Source: Lepidodermella squamata (Eukaryota > Animalia > Gastrotricha). From it: a DNA stretch of 64,000 bases. Positions 46,065 to 59,077 of the stretch are shown here, in pieces (positions within the stretch are counted from its first letter, which is position 1; every line of letters begins with the position of its first letter). The notes beneath the pieces are model-generated. The model saw nothing but the letters and a program-made list of their open reading frames with translations. It had not been told where the DNA came from and searched no databases. Both the position numbers and the translations under genes were made by a program. The stretch covers positions 1,054,001-1,118,000 of the forward strand of contig JBLDXI010000007.1 of the NCBI GenBank assembly GCA_047495785.1, read 5' to 3'.

Positions 46065-49000
46065 CCCGGACTCAAAAATTCATCGCTGTAAATCGCTGTA
46101 AATTGCTGTCAATGTATTCTGCTGTATTTCACTGGAAATCTTATGTTGGCTTACACCCGTTTACAAACGCAATTTTATTGGTAACTTCCACTCAATTACA
46201 CTGGGATTTAATCTCACCTTTACAATGATTTACAGACACTCGTCGAGGCGCTGTAAATTCCTGTAAAAGCCCAGGAAGTGAAAACTTCACAAGTTCTGCA
46301 TTTTTTGCCTTACAGCAGTTTACACAGCCTTTGAAATTCGAAAGCTTATTAAACTACTGCAGAGCAAAAAATGCCGAAAATGTGAAGTCTTCACTCTCAG
46401 GGCTAATACAGGAATTTACAGTGCCTCGACCAGCGTCTGTAAATCGCTGTAAGGTATAACAAATCACAAATTTTTTAAAAACAATGAAATATTACAAGCA
46501 AAATCGATTTTCAGAACAATTTTCGCGACAACAAGAATTCATTTTGAAAAGATCGGAGAATAGATCGTTGGCGATCGGCGATTTCGGCACATTTTCAGAC
46601 GAATATCAATATTTGATTATATCGGGTCATATTTCCAACGCTAAAAAAGCTCAGATCCGCAAGGTAACTCATGTCAAACCAATGCCGCCAAGTGATATTT
46701 TTCAAGAAAAAGCAGCCATATATTTCTCGCCGAACAAAAAATCACGTGCATCACAAATAAAGCCATATTATGCAAATAAATTTCCAAAATTTCTCAGCTC
46801 TCCGTGAAAATAAGCAAAATTATGAGGATCTCAACAGTATAAAAACCGTTTTTGAATGAAAAGTCAAGTCGCTGCGGAACGAACAGCAAACAGCAAAAAA
46901 AGGCCTCTCATTATCAAGAAGTTTGGCCAGGCGGCGATTTCCGACACGCATCGAGTCATCAAGCATTTAGTGCCCCGTTTATCCAGTCTAAAATAATCGG
47001 GGAAAAATAAGCAGAATCAAAATGAAATGTATTGCTATACCTTTCACAAAACACCAGCCTCAAGAAGATTGATGCGCTGTCGAACCCGAGAAGCAAACCA
47101 ACTCCTATAAGGAATGAATCCACAAATAGAATTTCAGAAATTTTTGAAAATTTATTTTATTGTGAAACTCCATTTTATTTGGCTTTTATTTGGCATTTGC
47201 TCCATTTTGTTTTTAAAATTGTCAATAAACTTTCAAAATTTCAAAATTTCAAAATTTTACTTTATTTATTAATTAAATAAATTCGGCGACCCAGCGAAAA
47301 TAAAAAATACCTTTCTCAAGAACAACGTGTACTTGTACATGTAGCACGAAATTGATACGGAACTTCGGCTTTAGTTAGCTCAACTTGGATCCTAGCTAGC
47401 CGCCGGAACCTAATGAAAAATCAAATTATTCGCAATAATGAATGAAATCGAGAAGTGTTCAAAATTGTTTAAAAATTCCAGTGAAAATCAAGCCAAATTA
47501 CAAAATCAAATTGAAGAATTCAAATAGAAGAATTCAAACGTATCTTGCGTTGTGGTATGTGAGAAAGACAACGCGTATCACCTTGACGTCGTTTTCATCG
47601 CTCGACATCGCCGTTTCCTATAAATTGCTTGTAAATGAAAGGTAATTTCAGCAAATTGTAAACTCACGCCAGGTATATAGAGTAACAGTTCATGTGGTCC
47701 AGAATTTCGCGTAAATAACTTGAATTTTTCGCTCTAGCCAAGAAATCTGCATGGGAAATTCAGTTGATAAACAAGTTTTATAGGTCAAAATACGCGTGGT
47801 AGCTTTTATGTGTTGTGCATAATTTTTCATATGTGTGTGCAAAAAGCGGCGTGCGAGCAGCTGTTGCGTAACTCCACGGCGTGGTGATTGAAAAAACACG
47901 AATCGCTACTATTTAACAGAGAAATTTCAACATCACTAATCGCGGCTAAAATTCTTGCCGCTGCCATGGGCATTTAGTATTTTAGTCACCGGTTCAAATT
48001 AAAAAATTAAATTCCTTTTCAATTAAACTGTTAATTCAATTCAAAAATTGAAAACCGGTAAATAATATCTGGAAACAGGTCAATCAAAAAATTCCAAAAT
48101 GCACCTGAAATTTCAGACTTCTCTGAAAAATTGAAGAATCAAAATTATTGCCAAGAATAGCCTCTGAAAATGTGTTTGTGTCTCTTATGTATTCCGATGA
48201 ACTTCTAATGAATTTGGTATCAATAAAACTTCTAAAATTTCGCCAAATTAAAATCGCGACAACTTGATTATTAAAAATTATACAAAATTCGAAATTCATT
48301 TTAAATACAATTGACCCCTGAATAAGACGGTATATTTCATAAAATTGTAATGGCAAGGTCATCCTGAATTGAGAATTGCAATCAGCCAAGATTTAAAACT
48401 TGTTTGCTTTCTTGAGGTGCCACTAATAGGTAGAATATAGGTGGGAAATCTGGTGGGAAATTCTAAAGAATTTTATACTTGATATTCAGATTGAAGAAAT
48501 TGGAGTGATTTTCCTCAAAATTGGACTTCACCAATGAATTTTTCTGAATTTCTAAACACCAAAAGTGGCCAGTAATCGCTAATCACAAATGTTTAACCAC
48601 CGAAATTAGCTTCGTAATCAGCTTGGATTGCCCTAGTTTTGGAAAAATTGACGTTTTTGAGGTCGTCGTAATTTCAAAGACAAAAATACTTGCCATAAGA
48701 GAAAGTATTACGCCACAGACGCTTCTTCGATTTTTGAAATTTTTGTGATTTTCTGTTTCACGACTTGCCTCACTATTATCGAAAATCGGTCACACGATTT
48801 TACAGGAAATAACACGAATTTATGGCTCCCTAAAAAACAACTAAATTACACCCAGGTTGCGTTGTTTACTTCGGCAAGCATTTTCAATGGCTTACATCGA
48901 AATATTGTGTGTTATTCGCGAATAATCTGATTTTTTGTTCAAATTTTTGTTTTAAAATAACCGATAAATTCAGTTCACAGCAGTTTACAGCAGTTTACAG

Positions 49001-49577
49001 CGTCTAATTTTAGGTCACCGAGGTTTACATAGCTAATTTTGAGGGTTTTCTCCACTATAGTTACACTAGTCAGGAAACTCAGCTTGCCAAGGTCTGTAGA
49101 GCCGTGTACCTTGCCCTATAGCATTTTACAGTCCGGAATCTTATCCTGCTGAGGTCTGTAAAGCCGGGCAACTTGGCTTATAGTGGATTACAGTCCGGGA
49201 TCTCAGATTGTCTAGGTCTGTAAAGCCCAGTAACGTACCTTGTAGCATTTTACTGTCCGGAAACTCAGCCAGCCGCGGTCTGTAAAACCGGATAACTTGC
49301 CTTATAGAAGTTTACAGACCCCGATTTCAGCTTTTGGCAGTCTGTAAAGCAGGATAACACGCCTTATTGCCAATTACATCAGCAAAAATCAGCATTTCCA
49401 CGGTTGTAAACCGCTGTATCCAGCGTTATTTCGAATTACAGAGGCGAAAAATCAGCTTACAGCCGGATCCTGAGCTGAAATAAATCGACATCACAGCAAT
49501 TTACAGCGAAAATCAGGCAAATACGCGATTTTATTCCGATTTACAGAACATGCCTGAGTAAAATTTTTGAGTCCGGG
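46065..49577. mobile_element. 3.5-kb non-autonomous CMC/EnSpm-like element
   Basis: TIR CCCGGACTCAAAAATT...AATTTTTGAGTCCGGG, 2-bp target duplication AG, many subterminal CTGTAAA/TTTACAG motifs at both ends, no long ORF. Confidence 0.8.
49060..49445. repeat. Six diverged 62-bp subterminal repeats
   Basis: GGTCTGTA-like motif at 49091, 49153, 49215, 49277, 49339 and about 49401. Confidence 0.85.
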
Positions 49578-49621
49578 AGAAAATTAAAGTTGACTGATAA
49601 TGCCTGCGTCGTGAATTTCTG

Positions 49622-50252
49622 TCCTCATTTATGAGACCAACAGCAATTGTCATTGGAATGATGCTGACAACAAACTGAGCAACTGAACAGATCATCAAAG
49701 TTGCGAGGAACGTCTCGCGTGATATATTCCGATAATCCAGATCACGATTATAATATCAATCGAGGTAGTATATTTTTTGCGGGGTCATTGTCACCGTTTT
49801 TTATTCGTCGCACTTAAACCCCGCCGTCAATAGTTATTAGACGAAAAAAGGATGAGCCAATAAAGCTTATTGCCCAATTCAACGGAGCGCGGAAACGGGA
49901 GTGGCCTCTACTGCACTATTACCTCTTACTAAAATTCTAGAAATCGATCGATGGATCAGAAGGCTATAAAAACTGTTAATTTCACTTTTTCTACTACCAT
50001 AACAAAAAGTGAATAAATATCAATATGGAGTCGCAATGCAAGGCCCACAGTTTGTCACTGGTTTGAGCACGGGTGTTTTGTTTGGAATTATCGCCTTAAT
50101 TGTGCCCTTAACGATAACAGTAATAAGTTACAGGTATGGACATATTTTTCAATCAAAAATTGTTGGGATAATTTTTGAAAGTTTTCCAAGCAATCTGTGG
50201 CTCTATGTAAGACATTTGCATATAATAAGCTCTTTTCTATCGACAAATCCTT
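49622..50252 (+). pseudogene. Rearranged GPCR relic G6
   Basis: Inverted exon-3 piece (49622-49720), then a copy of the G7 upstream region, then ATGGAGTC (50025) fused directly to late exon 2, ending early in exon 3. Confidence 0.85.
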
Positions 50253-50642
50253 TTTCAGAAAAATCGATAAGCCTTTTCGGCGACACTATGGGGTCTCGCG
50301 TCTTTTGAGGTGGATGGTGGGGTAGAGGTCTGAAAATTCAAAACTCTCGAGAAAACTAAGTAAGAAAATTCAGGATCCCAAGAATGGTCCATCTTCAAGT
50401 CAACACACGTTTTACCATTTGCCGGAAAATTCGGAAAATACGCCAAACCCCACAACCAAACTTTTAACCTTTCAACCATCAATCTAACTAATAAAGCACA
50501 ACCGTTCGAAAGATATCATGATTTTATTACAGCATATCAATCAACCATGTTCACTGCTTTTCTGAGATGCTCAAAGAATCATATGGGAATAAATTATCAT
50601 TGAAGTTATTAATAAGTTCTTTCAAACGAATCGATATAGGTT

Positions 50643-52522
50643 TTATTCGCGAACAGCGCCCTGGTTGCCGGGTTGCGGACGAGGTCCAGCTTGCGGGCGA
50701 CGGGTGGTTGGGCGAGGACGGGTCGGCTGAGCGATGGGACGGCGAGTAGTGCGGCCTCCCTGAACCGGGGCAGTGGTTGTCTCTTCAGCCGGAGCTTCGG
50801 TCGTAGTAGTGGGCTGAGGCGGCTGCTGACCACCCGGGATGAGACCGGCCGTCTGAAGAGCAGCCGTGTTGCCTTGAGCCAAGGCGGCGACTTCTTCGCT
50901 GGTCAGCACGGTGTTGCAGATGAGGACGTTGTCGATGTTGCCGGTGAAGGCGCCGAGGGCCTGGTCGTCGCCGACGACGTACGGGCAGTGGGCGAGGGCG
51001 AGCGGGCCGGCGGCGGGCGCGCTGCCGACAAGGGCGCCGTTGACGAAGAGCTCGGCGAGCTGCGCGGTCGCGTTGAACACGACGCAAACGGCCGTCCAGC
51101 CGCCGTTGGTCGACGGCGCCGGGGCGGTGAGGTTGGCGGAGGCGCCTGAGTCGGAGCGCAGGCTCGCGAACACGTTGTCGGTGGGCGTGACGCCGGCGAT
51201 GAGCGTGTACAGCGTCGCCGCGGCGTTGTTGTTGTTCGACAGCACGCCGGCCGACTGAGTGCACTGGAACGGGGCGGCGATGTTGCAACTTTGAAAAGTA
51301 AAAGGAGCCATGACCAGGACATTAGTTATAGGATCATGGATCATATTTAATAACCCGTCTGATCAGCCAAACGGCACCGTTCGGAAAACAGGTGGCCCAG
51401 GATCGGCATTTCCCTACCACCGGCACCAAATCGGACGGCCGAATCAGGCGGCATTATCCTTTTTCCGCGCCGTCTGATTCGGCCGCCTGTTTTCCAAACG
51501 GCGCCGTTAGGCTGATCAGACGGGTATTAAAGGCAATTCACTAAGCCTTACCGGTATTCGAAGCACCACGAAGCACCGTCACCTGTGCCGAGCTCGAACG
51601 TCTTAAGGCCGGGGACCTCGAGGCGGCCGGTGTTGACCTGCAGCGAGCCGCCAGTGGTGCCAGTGGCCGAGGCGGTCACGTCGAGCTGGGCGTTGCCGTA
51701 GGCGAAGGTCGGGAAGCGGTTGACGGACTGGTCCTCGAGGGAGGTGTCGAAAGGTAGCCAGAGGGCGCACTGGCGGGCGTTCGAGCCAGTAAGGGGCGGC
51801 TCGGGCGTCGTGAGCACGACGGAGCAGGCGCACTCGGCGAGGCTGAAGGCGGTGCCGGGCGCGCAGGGCAGCGTCGAGTCGCCGAGTTGGAACGCGTCTT
51901 CACGGTCGGGCAGCGCCACCAGGGTGTTGCCGAAGGCGTCTGAGCACGCGGTAGCGTTGAGACTCGCTGGGGCGGCCGTGGTCTGGGGCAGGGCGAGGCA
52001 GAAGCCGGTGCAGGTCTCGTCCGGCACGCACGTGCAAGTTGCGACGTCGATGCGCTCGCCAGACGGGCAGCAGTTGACGGTCTCCTGGCCGGTGGCGCCG
52101 CAGGTGAAGTACTGGCGGCAGCCTTGGCCGGGCAGTTGGTAGCAGCCGGCAGCGGCGATGGTCGGGTTCGAGCAGGGCGACGGCTGGCACGGCACTGGGC
52201 CCTCGGCGCGGCACGTCAGGCGAGCTTCGTCCCAGAAGGTGCCCGGCTGGCACACCTGGAAGATGGCCGTCGCCGTCGTCTCGTTGAGGTACAGGCACTG
52301 GAAGTACGAGTGGCAGTCGAGCGGGTTCGCGAAGAAGTCCTTCTGCGCGGTTCGCGACAGGCAGTCGAAGCAGTACGTGTTCGCGTCGAACCCAGGCGTA
52401 GGGTTCGGGTTGCTCGGAGCAGGCGGGCCGGCAACCGGGGCACGACGCGTTGTAGTGCGATCACGGGCAAACGTCGAACTGAGGCAGCTCGCAATTAGAA
52501 AAGCTACTAACACAGTTTTCAT
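50643..52522 (-). CDS. Secreted PIF-like protein: chitin-binding (CBM14/peritrophin-A-like) repeats plus LamG domain
   Basis: Signal peptide, DCHSYFQC...CQPGTFWD...C, CAPGTAFS...C, LamG motifs LWLPFD, WTAVCVVF, LFVNG, FTGNIDNV. Exons 51552-52522 and 50643-51288 join in phase. Confidence 0.85.
51350..51528. mobile_element. Palindromic MITE in the PIF-like intron
   Basis: ACCCGTCTGATCAGCCAAACGGCACCGTT...AACGGCGCCGTTAGGCTGATCAGACGGGT, with TA/TTAA-rich flanks. Confidence 0.8.
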
Positions 52523-53563
52523 GATGATATTCGCCGAAGCTTTTTAAGCAGCTAATTATTAGAGATTGATTATTGATTGGAGATGCTCTAAAACTGATTT
52601 TACGGCCTTTTTATTGGGGCCTCATTTGAGTTGAACTTTGTTATGCTTGTTAATTTGACCAACAGCTGCTTCGTCTGGTGCAAATTAGGCCAACTATCCA
52701 CAATCGCAATATATCGGAACCAATTACATTTTTTAGATAACTTAATTCATTATACAGCTTGTATTGGATTTTAGAACATGAGTAATCAGTTGCTGAATTT
52801 CAAATTCAAAGCAAAAGTAGTCAATCTTGACATCGAAATGATCTTTGAAGTTATTCTGGATATCGAAGGCGGGAGACTGAGGGCTGACGGCATTGTGGCT
52901 AACAGCAAAAATAGATTGGTTCAACAATGCATATTGCTTGAGTTGCGTGCAAAAAAAACTGCTGCGCAGTGTCCAAATTTCGGCCGGTGGCCGAAGCTGG
53001 GTCACAGCGGCCGAATTTAGGGATTTCTACTGCGAGGCAAAAAAAATACTGTCCGTATTTATTACGGTATCTGTGTTAGATGTTGGCTCGGTCATTCCTG
53101 ACGAGATACAATTGTAGACAATTTTGCTTTTTTTTTTAATTTTTTAGCGATTAATAAAATAAAATTTCTTGTTAAAATACAGCTGCACCTACAAGCTTTG
53201 AAGTTGCGTTCACGCGATCCTCTAATTTTAATATAAATCCATAGCGTCCCATAAGTTCCAGCTATCAACATAATTTTTCTAGGTCATCGGAAGCAAAGCC
53301 TGATTTTCATTTAATCTTGTGATATATTCCGATAATCCAGATCAGGATTATAATATAAATCGAGGTCGTGTATTTTTTGCGGGGTCATTGTCACCGTTTT
53401 ATTTTATTCGTGGCACACTTAAACCCCTCCGTCAATGCTTATTAGATGGAAAAAATGATGTGTCAGTTACGCTTATTGCCCAATTCAACGAAGCGTGAAA
53501 ACGGGAGTGGCCTCTACTGCCCTCTTACTAAAATTCTAGGAAGCGATCGATGGATCAGAAGGC

Positions 53564-53570
53564 TATAAAA
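53564..53570 (+). promoter_or_regulatory. TATA box upstream of G7
   Basis: GGCTATAAAA about 59 bp before the ATG, conserved in the duplicated promoter near 49965. Confidence 0.55.
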
Positions 53571-53622
53571 ACTGTTCATTTCACTTTTGCTACTACCATA
53601 ACACAAATAGAATCAATACTTC

Positions 53623-54848
53623 ATGGACTCTTGTTTCGATTTCGAATCTGATACCTCTGCGGTTAACCAATCTTGGATCTGCCCCCCGCATTTAGCCGGT
53701 AGTTTTGACGAATGTCTGTTCCTTTACGAGCATCAATTCAACCGGCCAAGTCCGTATTGCGGCCTCTTAGAAGCCGGTTTTTTAATTTCAATCAGTCTAT
53801 TCGCATTTCCAAGCAACATAATAGCCATTCGCAATTTTAAGCAACGAAATGTCAGTCCTGAATTCATGCTACTAATCACCATACTGGCGATGTGCAACAT
53901 AATTTATTCAATCTGCGGAGTTTTTCGAGGAATTTACAGGTACCTGATAGTCCTTTCGGCATCAATCGAAGTTTAATTAATTTAAAACTTTTAGGACAAG
54001 TGATTGGATCGACGCTTTCGCGTGCCGAATCATAGTTCCTACAACCGGCGCCAGCTGCACAATTTCCTTCTATGTTTTCGCTCTCATCAGCGTGGAGCGT
54101 AATATCAGCGTTCGATCCACGGCAGTCGAGTCAATAAATCCATGGTCATCGGCACACTGCCGGCCTAATTGCCAATCAAAGCGGTTCTGGTCCCTTGTCG
54201 CAGCGCTATTCGTCATTTCCAGCCTAGTAATTCTTCTTTACGTCAGCCAACTCGTATTGAATGGTTCAGTTCAGACGATGCCGGTTTTCATTCAGGGTGT
54301 TCGAGGCGGCGATCATCCCATTAGCGTTTGCGTCGCAATGCAAGGCCCACAGTTTGTCACTGGTTTGAGCACGGGTATTTTGTTCGGAATTATCGCCTTA
54401 ATTGTGCCTCTGACGATAACCGTCATAAGTTACAGGTAGGCTCACATTTTTCAATCAATAATTTTTTGATAATTGTTAACCATTTTGAAGTAATTTATGG
54501 CTCCATGTAAGAAATTTGCATAAAAGCTCTTTCCTATCGACAAATCCTTGCCACGTGAAACGGCAACGTCAACGCGAGACATTTCTCGCAACTTTGATGA
54601 TCTGTTCAGTTGCTCAGTTTGTTGTCAGCATAATTCCAATGACAATTGCTGTTGGTCTGATAAATGAGGATGGTACATCGGGACGCAGGCGATATCAGTC
54701 GAACTTACTTTTCTACGCGACGCTTTTCCAAAGTTTGGACTCTGCGCTCAACCCGTTCTGGCCGAGTTTTGTCAGACTGCGCTTTGACAACACCAGCTAT
54801 AAGCGCAAACCATCTGAGAATAATTCCACTGTTATTTCGACAAATTAA
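53623..54848 (+). CDS. Orphan class A-like GPCR G7 (intact, 3 exons)
   Basis: Exons about 53623-53939, 53995-54435, 54491-54848. ALISVERN, DSALNPFW. Confidence 0.85.
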
Positions 54849-56446
54849 TTATTGAAAAAATATAATTAGGTCTGATAATAAATTCTTGCTTTGTCTTAAA
54901 AAATAAAATAAAATATTATTTATAACATCAAAATCGAACAACGAAATCATGTCGAACATGATCACGTGCCAAATCATGCGTAATGCGAACCTTGCGTCAC
55001 CTTGCCTTGCACGGACCATCGTGCAGTTGCGCCATGGAGCACTCATGCATGACATGCGTGGCATGAATTGACACCGAAATTGGTATCGGACACCCTAAAT
55101 TCGAAATCGCATCATGGATCGGTATTTTATCCCGTCAAAAAGTCATGCATGGGTGCGCATGGTGCGTGACCGCAAGGTGAGATATCGCGATGCCGCGTGT
55201 CCATGGCATAATTGCATTTAAGCCGTGCCAACAATATGTCATGGTTAAATCGACTGCATCGGGCTTCGTCGACTATTCTTAATTATCATCAGCGCCACAA
55301 TGATTACAGCACTGCCCTGCTAAATAAAGTTCATATTGTGAACATCTTTCACAATTCCTCTCCGAAGGTAAAGAGCTCGCTTCAGTTCTCACGGAGATTA
55401 GCGAAGACTTGGCGCGCAGCCGGATTCATATTTGAATCGATTGCGTGAAAAAAATTAAGACGACAGTCTGAAGAATAAAAATTAGAACGCATTATTCATA
55501 AAATTGACCCCCATGACGTTGGCCAATTATTTCCACTTTAATATCGCTTAAGACCGACGCACGACTGCGGCGGCGTCACCAGCAAGGCCCCTATTTTCCG
55601 TCATACTTAGAAAGCATACTCATTCTCTTACTTACTCTCACACTCTTTAATTGGATAGAGTGCTAATAAGAATTCTAACCTGGAAAACTGGGGCAATAAG
55701 ATTCAGAGTAACTAGTCACGTTCGTTTCATCAACCTGGAAAGGTGCTAGAATCCCTGTTTAGTAGGTGCTCGGCTCAGAGCTCAGAGTCTCCTTGGTCCT
55801 TCAGCATCTCAGAGATCTTAATCTCTATGCTGTAACAGAGCATGACAAACCGAAAAAGCGAAGATCGAAGAGCGCCATCTTTGTCTCCCAACTCATAGGG
55901 CCTCAGAATATTGTTTTTTTTCAAGTTCCATAATCAAAGTTGAATTGGCCGAGGCGCTGGATTACGCGAGTATGGTCGATGAATTTCAGTTGGCAGATTC
56001 TAGATAAAAAATGCATAAATCAATATATCGCATTCCATCCTCAAATCTCGATTCAAACCTTAGGTATCAACTATTCTTTGCTTTTGTCGCTGGAAATAAG
56101 GCCCTTCCCTTTATCCTCTTTATCCCTCGATCGTACCCAGCTTGGCTGAGGTGTGATAACCTTGTGGAAACCGGTGCGAAGGCTTCCTAATAGTACCCGG
56201 AACAAGGCATTTTTCAGTCATTTTTCATTATGAGTCCGAAAACGCCCACCGGATATGCAATTAAAAAATCAAAGCTTACCCAATTTCGCCTAATCCGACG
56301 ATGCGCGTAAATAGGATACACATTGAAGGATTCTAGGAATATATCGATTACCCACTCGCCTATGAAACACGATATACTCGCCATTAGGTCAATTTCAGTC
56401 GTTTAAAATTATTCACGCACTGTGATATAGCTTGATTCAATAATTC

Positions 56447-58841
56447 ATGGAGTCTTGTTTCGATTTTCAAGCTGACATTACCGCTATTAATCAGTCATGG
56501 ATCTGCCCACCGCATCTGGCCGGTACCTTAGACGAATGCTTGTTTCTGTACGAGCATCAATTCAACAGACCAAGTCCATATTGTAGTCTCTTAGAAGCCT
56601 CCTTCATCATTTCAATCAGTCTATTCGCATTTCCGAGCAACATTATAGCGATTCGAAATTTCAAGCGACGAAAAGTCAGCCCTGAATTCATGCTGCTCAT
56701 TACCATATTGGCGATTTGTAACATGATTTATTCCTTGTGCGGTCTTTGCCGAGGAATTTACAGGTACAGTTCAAAGCCGTTTAACCCGTTTTAACCTACC
56801 GTCCTTTATTTGGGACGTACTTTTTTGAAGCCAGATATAACTATGTTAATCGCGAAATTAGCCTACCCCTGTGTGTTATAATCATTTTGAGCTATTACAA
56901 GTCTATTTTTACTAAATTTTTCGCCTGCAAAGCCGATTATCGATATAGGAAATCAGTGATATTTCCGATATCGATGGCCCTAGGAGGCGATATTGAGCAG
57001 ATTTTCCGCGCTAGTGGATTATAATATTACCAGGAAGTAAATGCTATGTTTTCCTATCATTGCACAAATACCCTACAGCAGTGGGACTCGTGAAAGCAGG
57101 TAAAAGGCCTAATTTTGCCAATTTGCCCATCATTTTTTATTGTTTTTCGCTATTTAAACTTAATTGTATTGCATGAAAAGTGCTGTATTCTAGCAATAAG
57201 AAGTTCACTCTTACTTGGGATCACTGAGGTACAATCGGAGGTGATTAAATCAGCAAATACATTATAAATTAAGGGTATTCCTGAATGTAAAATGATTAAA
57301 ATGCACTTTTTGACATAATTTGACACTTTTTTGGCCACTGAGGACGTTCTGGACTTGTCCGTTCACCCAAAATGGTGATAGAGATAGTTTGCCTCCTATT
57401 TCTCACTCTTTTATTGACGCCTAGAGTCTCTAGTATGACAAAATCTTGATTTATATGGTTATTTCTAAATTTGCCTAATTTGCCTAAAGAATGACCCAGC
57501 GTCCCATAATGGGACATTGCGTAACTCGGAGACGGTTAAGGGTGGGGTCACAAAAACACTTTCTTTTCATATTTATGATGCCAACATTAATTCCTGAAAA
57601 GATTATGACCGTAGCATCAAAATCCTAGATGCCGGTCTAAACGGGTTAAATGTTTTCCGATCAGTCCATTTGGGTTGATATTCTGAGCATAGGAAAAGCT
57701 CGCTAGATATTCAAAAATTTACGATTCAGCAAGAATCATGTCGTAGTGTCTATGCGCCAGCCTATTTAGCGAAACGCCTTGCTTTCCTTATTTTGAGTGG
57801 GATGTGGGATAAGTCGAGAGTATTATGACTCAGCGATAGTACCATGAAACATGACATGACCGATCCTTGTACCGATTCAACACGCTCCACTAGTGCGGAA
57901 ATATTCCTGTCGATTACGAAATTGTCCAACTTATTAAACACGCTGTAATAATCTGTATTTTTATTCCTAAACACCCAGAACAAACGAAATAATTGAGGCT
58001 TTCGCGTGCCGAATCATAGTCCCAGCCGGTGGGATAAGCTGCACAATTTCTTTCTACGTTTTCGCTCTCATCAGCGTTGAGCGGAACTTGAGTGTCCGAT
58101 CTACATCAATCGAGTCGATAAAGCCGTGGTCATCAGCACATTGCCGGCCAAATTGCAGGTCAAGACGGTTCTGGTGCCTTGTCGCAGCTTTATTCATCAT
58201 TTCCAGTCTAGTTTTGCTCCTGTATGTCAGCCAACTCGTACTGAATGGGTCCATTCAGACGATGCCAGTTTTCATTCATGGTGTTCGAGGCGGGGATCAT
58301 CCTGTCAACGTTTGTGTCGCTCTTGAAGCTCAACAAGTTTTCGCTGGCATAAACACGGGTATAGTGTTCGGGTTTATCGCCTTAATTGTGCCTTTGACGA
58401 TAACCGTGATAAGTTACAGGTAAGGACATATAAGTTGTATAACCAGTAATTTTTGGATAATTTGTTGGATCTTATTATAGCAATCTTTGGCTCTACGTGA
58501 GAACTTTGCACAAAAACTCCTTGCTTTCAACAAATCCTAGCCACATGAAACGACAACGGCAACGCGAGACGTTCCTCGCAACTTTGATGATCTGTTCAGT
58601 TGCTCAGTTTGTAGTCAGCATAATTCCAATGACAATCGCAGTTGGTCTGATCAATGAGGATAGGAATTCAGGACGCAGGCGTTATCAGTCCACGTTAATT
58701 TTCTACGCGACTTTATTTGAAAGTTTGGACTCAGCGCTCAACCCGTTATGGCCGAGTTTGGTCAGACTGCGATTAGGTGATAACCATAATAGACGTAATA
58801 CATCTGAGAATAAGTTTACTGATATTGTGACCAAGCAGTAG
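56447..58841 (+). CDS. Orphan class A-like GPCR G8 (intact; intron 1 enlarged by insertions)
   Basis: Exon 1 is 56447-56763. Exon 2 starts after CCCAG near 57979 (TNEIIEAFAC). ALISVERN, DSALNPLW. Confidence 0.85.
56785..57645. mobile_element. piggyBac-like TTAA-bounded non-autonomous insertion(s), possibly nested
   Basis: TTAA|CCCGTTT...AAACGGG|TTAA, with an inner TTAA|CC...GG|TTAA pair at 56791 and 57539. Confidence 0.55.
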
Positions 58842-59077
58842 CACGGGTGAATAAATTATTTAATATCCTTTTCAGTGCGGTATAATGGTTTTCCAAGAGT
58901 CTTAACACTATAAATTAGCACAATTAAAATTTAGCAGTTACAAACTGAACCGGTAGATAGTAGATACTCAAGATACGCCACAACATACCTTAATATTTTC
59001 ACGGTGAAACGTTTAACACTGGCAAATGACTATTATATCCCGATGGATACTAAGATGATACATTTCTTTTAAAAATT

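Noticed and set aside
46484-48930. Short ORFs inside the CMC-like element as transposase
   Set aside because: AT-rich, short, and without recognisable transposase motifs.
49060-49445. CRISPR-like repeat-spacer array
   Set aside because: Eukaryotic context, the units are homologous along their whole length, no cas genes, and it lies inside a TIR element.
50609-52547. Many overlapping Arg/Pro/Ala-rich ORFs on both strands
   Set aside because: Shadow frames caused by high GC3 of the PIF-like gene.
54950-55245. Imperfect CATG-rich palindrome
   Set aside because: Probably a decayed MITE, but termini and target duplication could not be defined.
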